NCBI GenBank assembly: GCA_016788825.1
Contig: JAEUSD010000001.1
Span: 19,391 to 83,390, forward strand
Direction: 5' to 3'
DNA from: Candidatus Doudnabacteria bacterium
GTDB lineage: Bacteria; Patescibacteriota; Dojkabacteria; J137; JAEUSD01
DNA length: 64,000 nt
The notes below the pieces were generated by a model that saw nothing but the letters and a program-made list of their open reading frames with translations, ran no database searches and was not told where the DNA came from. Position 1 is the first letter of the stretch. Every line of letters begins with the position of its first letter. Positions 38,300 to 48,464 of this stretch are shown in pieces. Made by a program: the position numbers and the translations under genes.

Positions 38300-39676
38300 T
38301 TAATTCTGGATATCTTGTCCCAAAGTCCCAACTATTTGTTGGAGTTGAGCCTTGAAATTACTGTCGGTTAGCAGCATTGACTTCACTTTATCCACAGCAT
38401 GCATCACGGTTGTATGGTCCTGACGGTCGAGTAGAGTAGCGATTTCTTCTAACTTGTAGCCAAGTTCTTCTCTGAGGACATACATGCAGATCTGCCTGGC
38501 CATGGCGACATCCTTTGTGCGGCGTGGCCCCTTGATGTCTTTTATCTTCACATTTAGCGTTTGGGCCACGCACTTGATCACGTCCGGAACTTTGACTTTC
38601 TCACGCTTAGCATAGGAGTCTGTTCCCATGATCCGGGCAACCTCTTCTAGACTAAGATCGCCCTCAGGTTTCATCTGATTGAACAAACTCACCTTTTGCA
38701 AAGCTCCTTCGAGTTCGCGGATGCTCTCGGTTATCTCGCGGGCCATCATTTCCAAGACAGTACGGCTGAGCTGCGCGCCCATGCTGACAGCCTTGCGCTC
38801 CAAGATAGCTAAGCGCAGCTCAAAATCTGGCTTGGTGATATCTACTACCATACCTCCCTGAAAGCGAGTCTTAAGCCGGTCTTCAATATCTTTAATGTCT
38901 TCGGGGCGCCGATCTGCGATCAAGATGACTTGGCTATTGTTGTTGTGTAGCTCGTTGAAGGTGTTGAAGATCTCTCCGCGAGTTGCTTCCCATTTCGAGA
39001 TCTGCTGTACATCATCGATGATGAGAATATCTGCAGAACGATACTTATTTCTAAACTCGCGGTTCTTATTGCTTTTTATGGCCTTCACCATATCGTTCAT
39101 AAAACCTTCGGACGCAGTGTAGACAATCTTTTTGTTCGGCGAACGCTCCAAGATACTGCGTCCGACCGCTTGAGCCAAATGAGTTTTTCCTACCCCGCTG
39201 GGACCAAAGATGTACAGGGGGTTATAAATAGTGCCAGGTGAGCCAATCACTGCAGATGCTGCAGCATGAGCTATTCGGTTGGCATCCCCGATGATGAAAC
39301 TCGACATTGTGTACCGAGGATTAAGTCCGGCGGTTTGCAAAAGGGTATCAATACTTGCGGCAGGCGATTCGCTGCTCAACGGTAGTAGCGGCGTTGAAAG
39401 TTGACTCTGTTGGGTGAGATCTTGCTGAACGATGAATTGTGGCTCTACAGAGTTGCCGTAGACATGGCTAATGGTGTCGGTGATCAGCTTAGTATATTTT
39501 TGTTTCAACCAATCGGATGTGAATGGGTTGGGAACTGCAATGGTTGCCTGCGATTCTCCAATATTAACTAACCTCGCTCCTGAAAAGAAGGTCTTGTATA
39601 TTGCAGGGGAATCGAGTTTGACTTCGATTTGAGCCAGCACTGTTTTCCATAGTAATTGTTGTTCTGCAGCAGGCAT
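38300..39676 (-). CDS. dnaA: chromosomal replication initiator protein DnaA
   Basis: 458 aa. AAA+ Walker A GPSGVGKTHLAQAVG, Walker B ILIIDDVQ, sensor motifs, and C-terminal domain IV with the DnaA signature (KDVAMARQICMYVLREEL). Confidence 0.96.
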   Translation of the reverse strand: MPAAEQQLLWKTVLAQIEVKLDSPAIYKTFFSGARLVNIGESQATIAVPNPFTSDWLKQKYTKLITDTISHVYGNSVEPQFIVQQDLTQQSQLSTPLLPLSSESPAASIDTLLQTAGLNPRYTMSSFIIGDANRIAHAAASAVIGSPGTIYNPLYIFGPSGVGKTHLAQAVGRSILERSPNKKIVYTASEGFMNDMVKAIKSNKNREFRNKYRSADILIIDDVQQISKWEATRGEIFNTFNELHNNNSQVILIADRRPEDIKDIEDRLKTRFQGGMVVDITKPDFELRLAILERKAVSMGAQLSRTVLEMMAREITESIRELEGALQKVSLFNQMKPEGDLSLEEVARIMGTDSYAKREKVKVPDVIKCVAQTLNVKIKDIKGPRRTKDVAMARQICMYVLREELGYKLEEIATLLDRQDHTTVMHAVDKVKSMLLTDSNFKAQLQQIVGTLGQDIQN

Positions 39677-39818
39677 TTTCTATGATAGAATGATATTTAG
39701 AAATCGCTGGACAGTAAGCGGGATTCGAAAGTAGACATAGAATATATCCACGTGGATAACTTGTAAATATCCTGTAGCTAAATTATCCTTTTGGAGAGAA
39801 TTTGAGATATAATCAGCC
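39677..39818. promoter_or_regulatory. dnaA upstream region with inverted DnaA-box pair (candidate oriC/dnaA autoregulatory site)
   Basis: ATATCCACGTGGATAA (39744-39759) is two overlapping inverted boxes TATCCAC / GTGGATAA. There are further partial boxes AAATATCCTGT (~39765) and TTATCCTTT (~39783). Confidence 0.55.
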
Positions 39819-40205
39819 ATGGTTCTAGAGAAGTTACCTTTCTTGATAGCAGCTTTTATACTAGGATTCTTTGTTGTGGCTCTAATGTTTACGAAAGAGA
39901 AGTTGTGGCTACGAATATTGCAGATCTTTCTCCCAACCCTAGGCTTTATTGCCGTTTTAGTTGTGCTACTTAATTGGCGTTCTGACTTTGTCTCTCTAAA
40001 CAGTGCCCTGGTTGTGTTTTTGGGAAGTGCGGTCATTGCCGAATTATGTATTTGGGGAATTAAAGGCTATGTTCAGTCATTGGCGACTAAGCGGCAAAGT
40101 CTTCTTGTTCCGCTAATATATGGGGTTGTCTTAACCTTCATACTTTTGGTAAGTCTTTGTTCATTCGCGCTGGTATATTCTATTGCTCTCACACCTCCTG
40201 CTTGA
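39819..40205 (+). CDS. hypothetical integral membrane protein
   Basis: 128 aa, four predicted hydrophobic helices. No motif recognised. Confidence 0.45.
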   Translation: MVLEKLPFLIAAFILGFFVVALMFTKEKLWLRILQIFLPTLGFIAVLVVLLNWRSDFVSLNSALVVFLGSAVIAELCIWGIKGYVQSLATKRQSLLVPLIYGVVLTFILLVSLCSFALVYSIALTPPA

Positions 40206-40206
40206 T

Positions 40207-40503
40207 ATGGTAAGTCTTATCCTAAGTATTCCAAAGAATATAGCCAAGTTACTGATTCGAATTTATCAGAAACTTTTTTCTTTTGATCACTCCTTCTGGG
40301 CGAAGTATGTGAACTATCGTGTCTGCATTTATCATCCCTCTTGCTCAGAATATACTTATCAAGCAATTGATCGATTTGGGTTGCTCAAAGGCGGTTTGAT
40401 GGGAGCTGCCCGTATTTGGCGTTGCAACGGGGTGAATATGGGCGGGGAAGATCCTGTTCCTGAGCATTTCAGTCTCAAGCGTAATAATCAGACAAACAGC
40501 TAA
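40207..40503 (+). CDS. yidD: membrane protein insertion efficiency factor YidD
   Basis: The ORF runs 40183..40503; the probable start is the ATG at 40207 (MVSLIL...). Conserved YidD core [33 protein letters not shown]. Origin-proximal location as in many bacteria. Confidence 0.7.
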   Translation: MVSLILSIPKNIAKLLIRIYQKLFSFDHSFWAKYVNYRVCIYHPSCSEYTYQAIDRFGLLKGGLMGAARIWRCNGVNMGGEDPVPEHFSLKRNNQTNS

Positions 40504-41886
40504 CTACTTTTCTTCTTCTGCCCTAAACCTTGTGAGTTTGCGGAATGTGCTGCGAATACTTTCTACCGAGTCTGGACCGTCAATATAGCTTTTTAACTGT
40601 GGTAGGAATTCAATCTCTGGCTTGCGTGCAGATATTTGGTCTACTAGGTGATCTTCTGGAGCTTTGCCCCGGATAAGCTCAATTGCCAACGAGGTACGCA
40701 TGGCACAGTTTCGCAGTTCTGGTTTATTTGCAAGGCTGGCTAGCGGTTGCTGCGCAACTTTTCCAATTACATTCATATTTACGTTTATGACTGGGCCGGA
40801 GAGCACCGAATTTGTTGCTGGATGACGGTCAAAGTAGGTATATATCTGATTCAACCAATCAGGGGCAACTTCTACTTCGGGTCCTGTGAATGCTGTAACT
40901 GGGGCTTGAATGCTTTGCAAGAGTAGGGTGAGCTTTTCACCTAGAGTGTAGGCCCCGGGAAACTTCATAATGTGCACGTTGGGGAAGAGTCGGGCAATGT
41001 TTAGGGACTGATCGATGCAAAAGTTGTCGAGAGCGTAAATCTGAAAACTGTAGTTGAAATCTTGCTCTTGCAGGCATGTGAGGATGCGAGCGATTTGTTT
41101 TTGGTTATTTCCTACTGGGATGATCACGGCAATCTGTTCCGTCTCGCCTTTGCCAAAATTTTCTGAGCGGTAATCTGCGAAATTCGTACGTAATGTACGA
41201 ATTTCGCCTGTCACCAAGTAGCTAAGCTGGATATATAGACTGTTTAAACCGTAGCCTTTAAACCACTCACGGATACTGTTCAAAAGCCCCTTGTTGAATC
41301 GTCTCCCATCCATCTCTACAAATACGTCGTCAAGAACTTTTACTTTGCCAAATTTTTCGATCAGGAGAGAGAATATGGCGTCCTCGTTAACGTTCACCCC
41401 ATGGTCGAAACCCCCAACTTTATCAAATACCCATTTACGACAAGACAGGGAGGTTCCCCACATTGCTTGCTTGGGGTTGAGGCGGTAATTTATCAGGTCT
41501 AAACAGAAATTTATCCACGGGGAAACGTTGAAGAATCTTACACGTGTCCCCACGCCAACGACTTGAGGGTCTGCGTATGCAGCGACGATCTTTGAGATCC
41601 AATTCTGAGGTAAACGTGTATCTGCATTGGTTACCAAGACCAATTCTCCGCTGGCACTGCGAATCCCTTTGTCATATGCGAAGCGGGTGCCTTTGCGCGG
41701 TTCGGTTACAACTGTAGCACCAGCCTTTTGCGCTACCTCTGCTGTGCGATCGGTACTGGCATTGTCAACAACAATGATTTCCACCTCGCCCTGATAATCT
41801 TGTGACTGCAGATCGCGGATTGTTTGTTCTATCTGCAGTTCTTCGTTGTATGCTGGTATGGCAACACTTACTCTAGTCTGTGACAT
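40504..41886 (-). CDS. tandem family-2 glycosyltransferase (two GT-A domains)
   Basis: 460 aa. N-terminal GT2 (VAIPAYNEELQIEQTI...VVDNASTDRT...DAD-like NADTRL). A second GT2-like half (IAVIIPVGNNQKQIARILTCLQEQDF...YALDNFCIDQS). Confidence 0.75.
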   Translation of the reverse strand: MSQTRVSVAIPAYNEELQIEQTIRDLQSQDYQGEVEIIVVDNASTDRTAEVAQKAGATVVTEPRKGTRFAYDKGIRSASGELVLVTNADTRLPQNWISKIVAAYADPQVVGVGTRVRFFNVSPWINFCLDLINYRLNPKQAMWGTSLSCRKWVFDKVGGFDHGVNVNEDAIFSLLIEKFGKVKVLDDVFVEMDGRRFNKGLLNSIREWFKGYGLNSLYIQLSYLVTGEIRTLRTNFADYRSENFGKGETEQIAVIIPVGNNQKQIARILTCLQEQDFNYSFQIYALDNFCIDQSLNIARLFPNVHIMKFPGAYTLGEKLTLLLQSIQAPVTAFTGPEVEVAPDWLNQIYTYFDRHPATNSVLSGPVINVNMNVIGKVAQQPLASLANKPELRNCAMRTSLAIELIRGKAPEDHLVDQISARKPEIEFLPQLKSYIDGPDSVESIRSTFRKLTRFRAEEEK

Positions 41887-41889
41887 AAA

Positions 41890-42744
41890 TTATTCTCCAA
41901 TTTCGCCTATGGTCTCATCAGACTTGATGATCCACAGATGTACGTTTGTTTTCTCTAAACGCTGTCTCAGGGGTAAGATATGATCAAAAGCGATCAACTC
42001 CTGTAACAGAATATATGTATCTAGCGGTTTCTCACCGCTGATGATTATACCTAATATTTCTGGGCCGGGCTTGTGTGTGGCAAATGGGTTGTGCAACAGG
42101 TCTGTGGCCTCTTTTGTAGCAGATGGATCTAACTTGAGAGTTTTTATTTCCAGAGACAAGTAATTGTCTTTTAGCTCTAAAGCAAGTTCTTCGTGCGTAG
42201 TAGGGTGCATTAGTGCGACTCTCCAAGGGTTAGCCCCCTTGGCAATGAAATGCTTGTCGAGCGTTAACAGGTAGTCCTCGAGACCATTTTTGTCGAGTAC
42301 ACTACGCACTTCTTCTACGAGCAGTATGGGTGCGAGCACTGGTACGAGGCGCAGCTCCTGATGTTTTGTTACAGTAGTTTCGGATATATCTAGCTGCGCC
42401 TCCGACAATAGGGCTAAGTCCTTGTTAGCAGTCAGCTCGTTATTCTTGGCAATTTGGATGCTCAACTTAAGATACTGACTAAATGCGGAAGGTATTTTGA
42501 GGGGAACCTCAAGGGGTTGTTGTCGAAATCTGATGATAGTCGATTCAGTATTGTTTAGGTCAAAAAGCCCTTTGTAGGTATGCACAATTTCTTCTACTTC
42601 GTCATAGATTTCCTGCCACAGTTTCACTCCTACCCGTGAAGTAGTCTGGACCTTTAGAATATTTGTGCCAAAATTGAATGAGATAGTTTCCAACTTTGAC
42701 ATTTTACATCTATTCCGCCAGACTATCATAGGTGAAAAAAACAA
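41890..42744 (-). CDS. hypothetical protein
   Basis: 284 aa ORF downstream of the glycosyltransferase on the same strand (3-bp gap). No recognisable domain. The start may be the internal MSKLETIS. Confidence 0.5.
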   Translation of the reverse strand: MFFSPMIVWRNRCKMSKLETISFNFGTNILKVQTTSRVGVKLWQEIYDEVEEIVHTYKGLFDLNNTESTIIRFRQQPLEVPLKIPSAFSQYLKLSIQIAKNNELTANKDLALLSEAQLDISETTVTKHQELRLVPVLAPILLVEEVRSVLDKNGLEDYLLTLDKHFIAKGANPWRVALMHPTTHEELALELKDNYLSLEIKTLKLDPSATKEATDLLHNPFATHKPGPEILGIIISGEKPLDTYILLQELIAFDHILPLRQRLEKTNVHLWIIKSDETIGEIGE

Positions 42745-43346
42745 CTGCCAAACACAAAAAGTCTTTTAATCTTCTTAAGCCAGAGCTTCCTCCGCCTTCG
42801 GCATGGGACCGCATATATGACTGGATTGTGACTAGGGCGAGAGTAGTAGTAGTGGTTTGTGAAATCTTGATAGTGCTTGCGTTTATAGGAAAGGTGATAG
42901 TGGATATCCAAGCCAAAGATATAAATCAGGCCCTGGAGGAGAAATCTACAACACTGGCACAATTTTTCGGCACTATAGAGAGTGAGTTAAGAGATATTCA
43001 GCAGCGCGCAGGTGTTTATCGCAATGTGTGGGAGTTTTCGAACAGTTTTTCCAGTATCTTAAGGGAAGTTCAGAGCTATATAACTAATCCCGGTGTAAAG
43101 GTTACGATTACGATCAGCGGGAAAAATTTGACCATTCGAGGCGATGACAACTTGCAAGCCTTGCAGTTGATTGAATCACAAATGAAGACATCTCCCAATT
43201 TCAAGGATGTAAAGCTAGAACTGAATACTGAATCAAGTGAGGTGGTAGCAGAAGTGGGTAAGTATGCGATCACGGCAACAATCTTGGAATTGGATACACG
43301 AATTAAACTAGACGAAATCGAAACTACGACAGATATTACACAGTAA
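42732..43346 (+). CDS. PilN-like type IV pilus assembly protein (tentative)
   Basis: 204 aa. Short cytoplasmic N-terminus with an NLLKP motif reminiscent of PilN INLLP. Single TM, then a periplasmic/extracytoplasmic coiled-coil plus ferredoxin-like region. It is followed by a PilO-like gene. Confidence 0.45.
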   Translation: MKKTTAKHKKSFNLLKPELPPPSAWDRIYDWIVTRARVVVVVCEILIVLAFIGKVIVDIQAKDINQALEEKSTTLAQFFGTIESELRDIQQRAGVYRNVWEFSNSFSSILREVQSYITNPGVKVTITISGKNLTIRGDDNLQALQLIESQMKTSPNFKDVKLELNTESSEVVAEVGKYAITATILELDTRIKLDEIETTTDITQ

Positions 43347-43349
43347 TCT

Positions 43350-43976
43350 ATGCCAAGGGGAAGTATAAGTGCCAGAATAAATAAAATTCTTGAGACGAAG
43401 CAAGGTCAGGCTTATGCTGTGGCGGCCGGAACGGCCGCCGTGGTTATAGTGTTGATTGGGTTTGGCATTTTTCCTATCTTGAGCTCAATATTCTTCGTAA
43501 GTGAACAGAATGCGATCAAGCAGCAAGTCTTGGATAGCATGACTGTGAAGGAGCAGAATCTGCGAGGTCTTGTCAGCAAAGAGTTTAATAATCGGGCAGT
43601 AACGTTGGCTCTAAAAGCTGCTATGCCTGATCAATTGGAGCAGGCCGTCCTAATTGAGAAAGTTACAAATTTGGCAGCGTTAACTGGCTTGCAAATAAAC
43701 TTAATGAGCTTCACCGAACTGGAAACAAAAATTGAGTTGCGTGAGACTTTTGATGTAAGTGCAAACCTTCAAGGTAAAAGTTTTTCAATGAGTGCCTACG
43801 GAAGTCGATCTGGGATAGAAGGATTTGTGACTGGTGTCGAGTCGATGCATCGAGTGGTGAATATCCAAACTCTCACAGTGGGAAGAAGGGATGATGAAGA
43901 CTTGCAGCAGGGGGGGCAACTGGGCAAAGAATACAAACTAGATCTGCAGGGTGAGATATATTTTATAGCGAAATAA
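43350..43976 (+). CDS. PilO-like type IV pilus assembly protein (tentative)
   Basis: 208 aa. Single N-terminal TM (AVAAGTAAVVIVLIGFGIFPIL), then a coiled-coil segment followed by an alpha/beta domain. Adjacent to the PilN-like gene with a 3-bp gap. Confidence 0.45.
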   Translation: MPRGSISARINKILETKQGQAYAVAAGTAAVVIVLIGFGIFPILSSIFFVSEQNAIKQQVLDSMTVKEQNLRGLVSKEFNNRAVTLALKAAMPDQLEQAVLIEKVTNLAALTGLQINLMSFTELETKIELRETFDVSANLQGKSFSMSAYGSRSGIEGFVTGVESMHRVVNIQTLTVGRRDDEDLQQGGQLGKEYKLDLQGEIYFIAK

Positions 43977-43977
43977 G

Positions 43978-44217
43978 ATGGATAAAACATGGATTAGACT
44001 GATACTTTTGGCGATAGTGATCATGGTAGTAGTGATAGGATGGGATATATTCTTGACTGTTTCAGGTGCGAAAAATACCAAAGAGTACAATGTGATAGAT
44101 ATCAGCCCCAATTTGTATGGGCTTACCGAGCAGCATTTGAGGAATGATCCTGAGTTTTTTAAGTTTGAACAAGGGGTATCTACAACGACTACGACCAGTA
44201 CTGCTGGTGCGAATTAA
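43978..44217 (+). CDS. small membrane-anchored protein (possibly PilP-like component)
   Basis: 79 aa, N-terminal TM, Thr-rich tail. Coupled to the PilO-like gene (1-bp gap). Confidence 0.35.
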   Translation: MDKTWIRLILLAIVIMVVVIGWDIFLTVSGAKNTKEYNVIDISPNLYGLTEQHLRNDPEFFKFEQGVSTTTTTSTAGAN

Positions 44218-46472
44218 CTCTGGAGGTTCTCTTCATTACTCCCACCGCCTTTCTTGCGTGATAAAAACTCATCTGCATCCGTGATGAGCACATCTCTGGT
44301 TTTGCTACCGACTGCTGGTCCGACGATTCCCATCTCTTCCATTTCTTCGAGCAGTCGGGCCGCACGGTTAAATCCTATGTTTAGTTTTCTTTGTAGGAAC
44401 GACGACGATCCTTTTTGGTAGTTGACTACGATGCGTACAGCCTGAATAAAGAGATCGTCGTCTGACATACCTTCTGCCTCGCCTGGGGCAAGTTGGTTAC
44501 CAGTTTCGCTCTCCAGCACTGCTGTGACGTACTCAACTTCTGGTGCTTGTGCTTTGATGAAATCAACTACACGGATTACTTCTTCTTGAGCTACATATCC
44601 TCCTTGTAGACGAGTGGCTTTGGTTTTGTCCGGGGCTTTGAACAGAAGGTCTCCCTTTCCCATCAAACTTTCAGCCCCAATATCATCGATGATTACCCGA
44701 GAATCAACCCCGCTAGTCACACTCATTCCGATACGGGCGGGGATGTTGGCTTTGATCAGCCCTGTGATAACGTTTACCGAAGGTCTCTGAGTAGCTAGTA
44801 CTAAGTGGATTCCAACTGCGCGGGCTTTTTGGGCCAATCGCACAATTGCAGTTTCTGCTTCGACGCGATTGGCCGTCATCATCATATCTGCCATTTCATC
44901 GATTACGATTACGATGTATGGCATTGCGGCAAACCCCATCTTTTGGTTGTAGCCCTCAATATTTCTGACTTGAGATTTGTTTAGTACAGTGTAGCGGCGT
45001 TCCATTTCGTTTACTGACCACTTGAGTGCATTCACAACTTTTTCCATGTCAGTGATGACGGGAGTAAGTAGGTGCGGAATATCGTTATAGTCGGATAATT
45101 CAACCTGTTTCGGGTCAACAAGGATCAGTTTTACCTCGTCAGGAGTTTTGCTCATCAATAGAGTAACGATGAAACTGTTTGTAAGGATAGATTTTCCTGA
45201 TCCTGTAGCTCCGGCGATCAGTAAATGAGGCATCTTCTGGATGTCTGCTACCACTGGCTTTCCATTGATATCTTTTCCGACAACTGCTGGAAGGTTAGCC
45301 TTGCCAGACTGCATTTCTTGTGACTCAATTAATTCCCTGATCTTCACCTCATCTCGTTTGCCACGAGGCACTTCAATTCCGAGGTAGGTTGTCCCTGGGA
45401 TAGTTTCGATACGGACAGCTTGAGAGTCAACTCCAAGGGCCAAAGCGATATTGGGACTGAGAGTTACGACTTTGGAAACTTTTACTCCTAGAGGGATATC
45501 TAAAGCATACTGTACAACTGAAGGGCCAATGTAAGCGTCCATCACTTTGGCATCGATATCAAAGCTGTTGAGAGTTTGTTCAATAATTTTGGCATTGCGC
45601 TCTTTGTCTGCATCGCTTGGCTTCGTTTTCTTGAAAGGTGCGAGTAAACTAGATGGCGGCAGTTGCCAGTTTGGATATTTCAACTCTTCGAAGGAGAGAC
45701 CGGACTCTGGCACTGCCGCCTCTTTTATCTGCGGCTGCTCCCCAGTGTGTTTGTTTGGCTGGATTCGTTGAATTTGAGGCGTCGCAGCCGCCACCTCGGT
45801 TTGTTTTATTGCTGTCTCAATAGGTGTTTCTTGTTTACTTCTTTGAAAGTCGCTGAAGCGTAGTTTCCCATTAGGGGTCTGTTGTTCCAACTTTTCTGCT
45901 TCTTCGTCTACTTCTTGGCCACGGTACTCAAAAAACCAGTTAACAATGCGAGAAATAAACGCAAAGACTGCTTTTATTCTTTCTACGGTTTCGCTTAGAG
46001 AGAGCGAAAGGGCAATCGGGGTAAAAATGGCAATCAGCGCTCCCAATACCAATGGGGTGTATTGGGCAAATACGAGTGAATCGGCAAACAAGTCATAAGC
46101 AAGGAAATAACCTATGAACCCGCCTGCTTGTCCGCTATCGCGGAGCAAAATTGCTGCGGTCTTCGTGGATGCTAAAGATGATACAAAAGCCGGGATCAGC
46201 AAGCAAAGGATAAACTGCGCAGCTAAACTGCCAGTATTTGCTAATGGCCATGTAGCACCCAGTAGACGGGCACCAAGGTTTAAAAGAAATATTCCACTCA
46301 CGAAAGTTGTCTGGCCAAATAGGCCCTTTGCTTGGGTGAAAAAGTTTGCTTCGGTGGTGTTTACGAAGAGTCCGATAATCAAAACTGCTGCCATCAAAAT
46401 ACACAAAAGGCCCAACACAGTAGATGTTTCGCGGCTATCGTAAGTAATTTGTTTTTTGCGACGTCGACCCAT
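44214..46472 (-). CDS. ftsK: DNA translocase FtsK
   Basis: 752 aa. N-terminal polytopic membrane domain, linker, motor domain with Walker A GATGSGKS and Walker B, and a C-terminal gamma winged-helix domain. Confidence 0.9.
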   Translation of the reverse strand: MGRRRKKQITYDSRETSTVLGLLCILMAAVLIIGLFVNTTEANFFTQAKGLFGQTTFVSGIFLLNLGARLLGATWPLANTGSLAAQFILCLLIPAFVSSLASTKTAAILLRDSGQAGGFIGYFLAYDLFADSLVFAQYTPLVLGALIAIFTPIALSLSLSETVERIKAVFAFISRIVNWFFEYRGQEVDEEAEKLEQQTPNGKLRFSDFQRSKQETPIETAIKQTEVAAATPQIQRIQPNKHTGEQPQIKEAAVPESGLSFEELKYPNWQLPPSSLLAPFKKTKPSDADKERNAKIIEQTLNSFDIDAKVMDAYIGPSVVQYALDIPLGVKVSKVVTLSPNIALALGVDSQAVRIETIPGTTYLGIEVPRGKRDEVKIRELIESQEMQSGKANLPAVVGKDINGKPVVADIQKMPHLLIAGATGSGKSILTNSFIVTLLMSKTPDEVKLILVDPKQVELSDYNDIPHLLTPVITDMEKVVNALKWSVNEMERRYTVLNKSQVRNIEGYNQKMGFAAMPYIVIVIDEMADMMMTANRVEAETAIVRLAQKARAVGIHLVLATQRPSVNVITGLIKANIPARIGMSVTSGVDSRVIIDDIGAESLMGKGDLLFKAPDKTKATRLQGGYVAQEEVIRVVDFIKAQAPEVEYVTAVLESETGNQLAPGEAEGMSDDDLFIQAVRIVVNYQKGSSSFLQRKLNIGFNRAARLLEEMEEMGIVGPAVGSKTRDVLITDADEFLSRKKGGGSNEENLQS

Positions 46473-46542
46473 GCTTATTAGCTTATCAGTATAGTATAAC
46501 AGGCTAGTGGGTCCTTTCCGAGAGGTGCTAAACTAATTTTGT

Positions 46543-47319
46543 ATGCAAGTTCTAGACAAAGATACTAAGTTCGCTCACTTGGGAAAACCAGGAGGAGCGT
46601 TTACACCAGGATTTCGTAGGCGATTAAACAAGTTGATGAGCGTTTTGGACTTGCGGGATAAAAAAATACTAGATGTTGGTTGTGGGGAGGGGGTGTGGTT
46701 GGCGGAATTTGCCAAACTCACGGCGCCCGAAAACGTATTTGGTTCTGAGTATGATAGTGAGTTGGTAGCTGAGATTGTCCGGCATGGCTCAGATGCACTT
46801 GTAGATTCACACATTCCATTGACCAATATCGTAAACTGCCCAGCAGAGGCTTTGCAGTTTGCGGATAATACTTTTGATATTGTGTTCTCGCACGAAGTGC
46901 TGGAGCATGTTCAGGATGATGCGAAAGCAGTTTCCGAGGCGATTCGGGTTTTGAGGCCTGGGGGGTACTTTGTGGTCTTCACCCCGAATCGCGGCTGGCC
47001 ATTTGAACAACATGGAATGTTCTGGTGGGGCAAATATTACTGGGGGAACATTCCTTTGTTGCCATGGTTCCCATGGCTTTACCGCATATTTGCCCCGCAT
47101 GTTCGCAATTACTGGTGGTGGGATATTCGTAGACTGATGACTTCGGTTCCAGGTGTGCAAATCTACAAGCATGATTTTGTATTTCCGGCTTTTGATCGTT
47201 TGAAATATAAGTGGGGTGGGGTTGGAAAACTCATCCAGCAAACTTTCTATGCGCTTGAACACACTCCCTTAAGAGTCTTCGGGATAAGCCATTTAATAAT
47301 CGTCCAAAAGCCTACTTAG
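46543..47319 (+). CDS. class I SAM-dependent methyltransferase
   Basis: 258 aa. Motif I ILDVGCGEGVW, motif post-I, and VLRPGGYFVV. Trp-rich C-terminal extension. Confidence 0.8.
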   Translation: MQVLDKDTKFAHLGKPGGAFTPGFRRRLNKLMSVLDLRDKKILDVGCGEGVWLAEFAKLTAPENVFGSEYDSELVAEIVRHGSDALVDSHIPLTNIVNCPAEALQFADNTFDIVFSHEVLEHVQDDAKAVSEAIRVLRPGGYFVVFTPNRGWPFEQHGMFWWGKYYWGNIPLLPWFPWLYRIFAPHVRNYWWWDIRRLMTSVPGVQIYKHDFVFPAFDRLKYKWGGVGKLIQQTFYALEHTPLRVFGISHLIIVQKPT

Positions 47320-47351
47320 CAAACTAGGTTGGTGTCTGCTAAAATTATCTG

Positions 47352-48416
47352 ATGCAACGAGATTACTACGAAGTCTTAGGAGTAAGTAAATCTGCTTCCA
47401 AAGATGAAATTAAAAAGTCATACCGCAAACTTGCGAAAGAACTACATCCAGATCGAAATAAGGCCGCTGATGCAGAGGCAAAATTCAAAGAGGTTCAACA
47501 GGCTTATGATGTGTTGTCGGACCCGCAGAAGCGAGATGCCTATGATAAGTATGGCTTTGCAGGGTCGCAGGCTTTCAACGGTGGTGGGGGTATGGGTGGT
47601 TTTGCGGCTGATGTAGGAGATCTAGGTGATTTGTTTGGTTCATTCTTTGGCGGAAACTTTGGAGGCTTCGATTTTGGCGGTGGTATGCGTAGTGGAAGTC
47701 GTCGTGGGGCGGATATTGAGGCTACCCTGCAAGTTGAATTCAATGAAGGGGTGTTTGGTGCTGAGAAGAATATCTCTTACAAAAGAAAAGTGAAGTGCGA
47801 CTTGTGCGCAGGTTCTGGTGCCAAAGATGGGAAAAAACAGACCTGTCACGAGTGTGGGGGGCGAGGTCAAGTGGCACGTACTCAACAGACAATATTTGGA
47901 ACGATGCAAACGATAACTACTTGTCCGACATGTGGGGGAACTGGCCAAGAGATCGTGGATAAATGTACGAAGTGTAAAGGTGAGGGAAGAGTAGACCACA
48001 ATGAAGACTTTAAACTCAAAATTCCGGCCGGCATCCCGGATGGGGTGACTCTACGTTTTGCTGGGCAGGGGCATGCCGGCCAGCATGGTGGCGCTCCTGG
48101 CGATTTATACATCACTATCGAAGTTGCTGCTCATCCGCGCCTGGAGCGCCGCGGCAATGACATCTACCTAGATCAAGAGATTGACGTAGTTACGGCCACT
48201 CTAGGCGGTGAGGTTGAGATTCCTACCGTGCATGGGCAAGTCACAATGAAGATTCCGGAGGGGACTCAGCCAGGTAAGGTGCTTCGTTTGAGCGGCAAAG
48301 CCGGTCCGAAATTCAAAGGCCATGGGAATGGCGACCAGTACGTGCGAATTCAAGTAAAAATCCCCGAGAAACTTAGCCGTGATGAGCGCGCGAAGTGGGA
48401 GCAGCTGCGTGGATAA
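47352..48416 (+). CDS. dnaJ: molecular chaperone DnaJ
   Basis: 354 aa. J-domain with HPD (LHPDRN), a Gly/Phe-rich linker, four CxxCxGxG zinc-finger repeats and a C-terminal substrate-binding domain. Confidence 0.93.
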   Translation: MQRDYYEVLGVSKSASKDEIKKSYRKLAKELHPDRNKAADAEAKFKEVQQAYDVLSDPQKRDAYDKYGFAGSQAFNGGGGMGGFAADVGDLGDLFGSFFGGNFGGFDFGGGMRSGSRRGADIEATLQVEFNEGVFGAEKNISYKRKVKCDLCAGSGAKDGKKQTCHECGGRGQVARTQQTIFGTMQTITTCPTCGGTGQEIVDKCTKCKGEGRVDHNEDFKLKIPAGIPDGVTLRFAGQGHAGQHGGAPGDLYITIEVAAHPRLERRGNDIYLDQEIDVVTATLGGEVEIPTVHGQVTMKIPEGTQPGKVLRLSGKAGPKFKGHGNGDQYVRIQVKIPEKLSRDERAKWEQLRG

Positions 48417-48464
48417 CCGCATATTTTCTGCAACTTTATTCCTTTTTCTGCCATACTATTAGGT

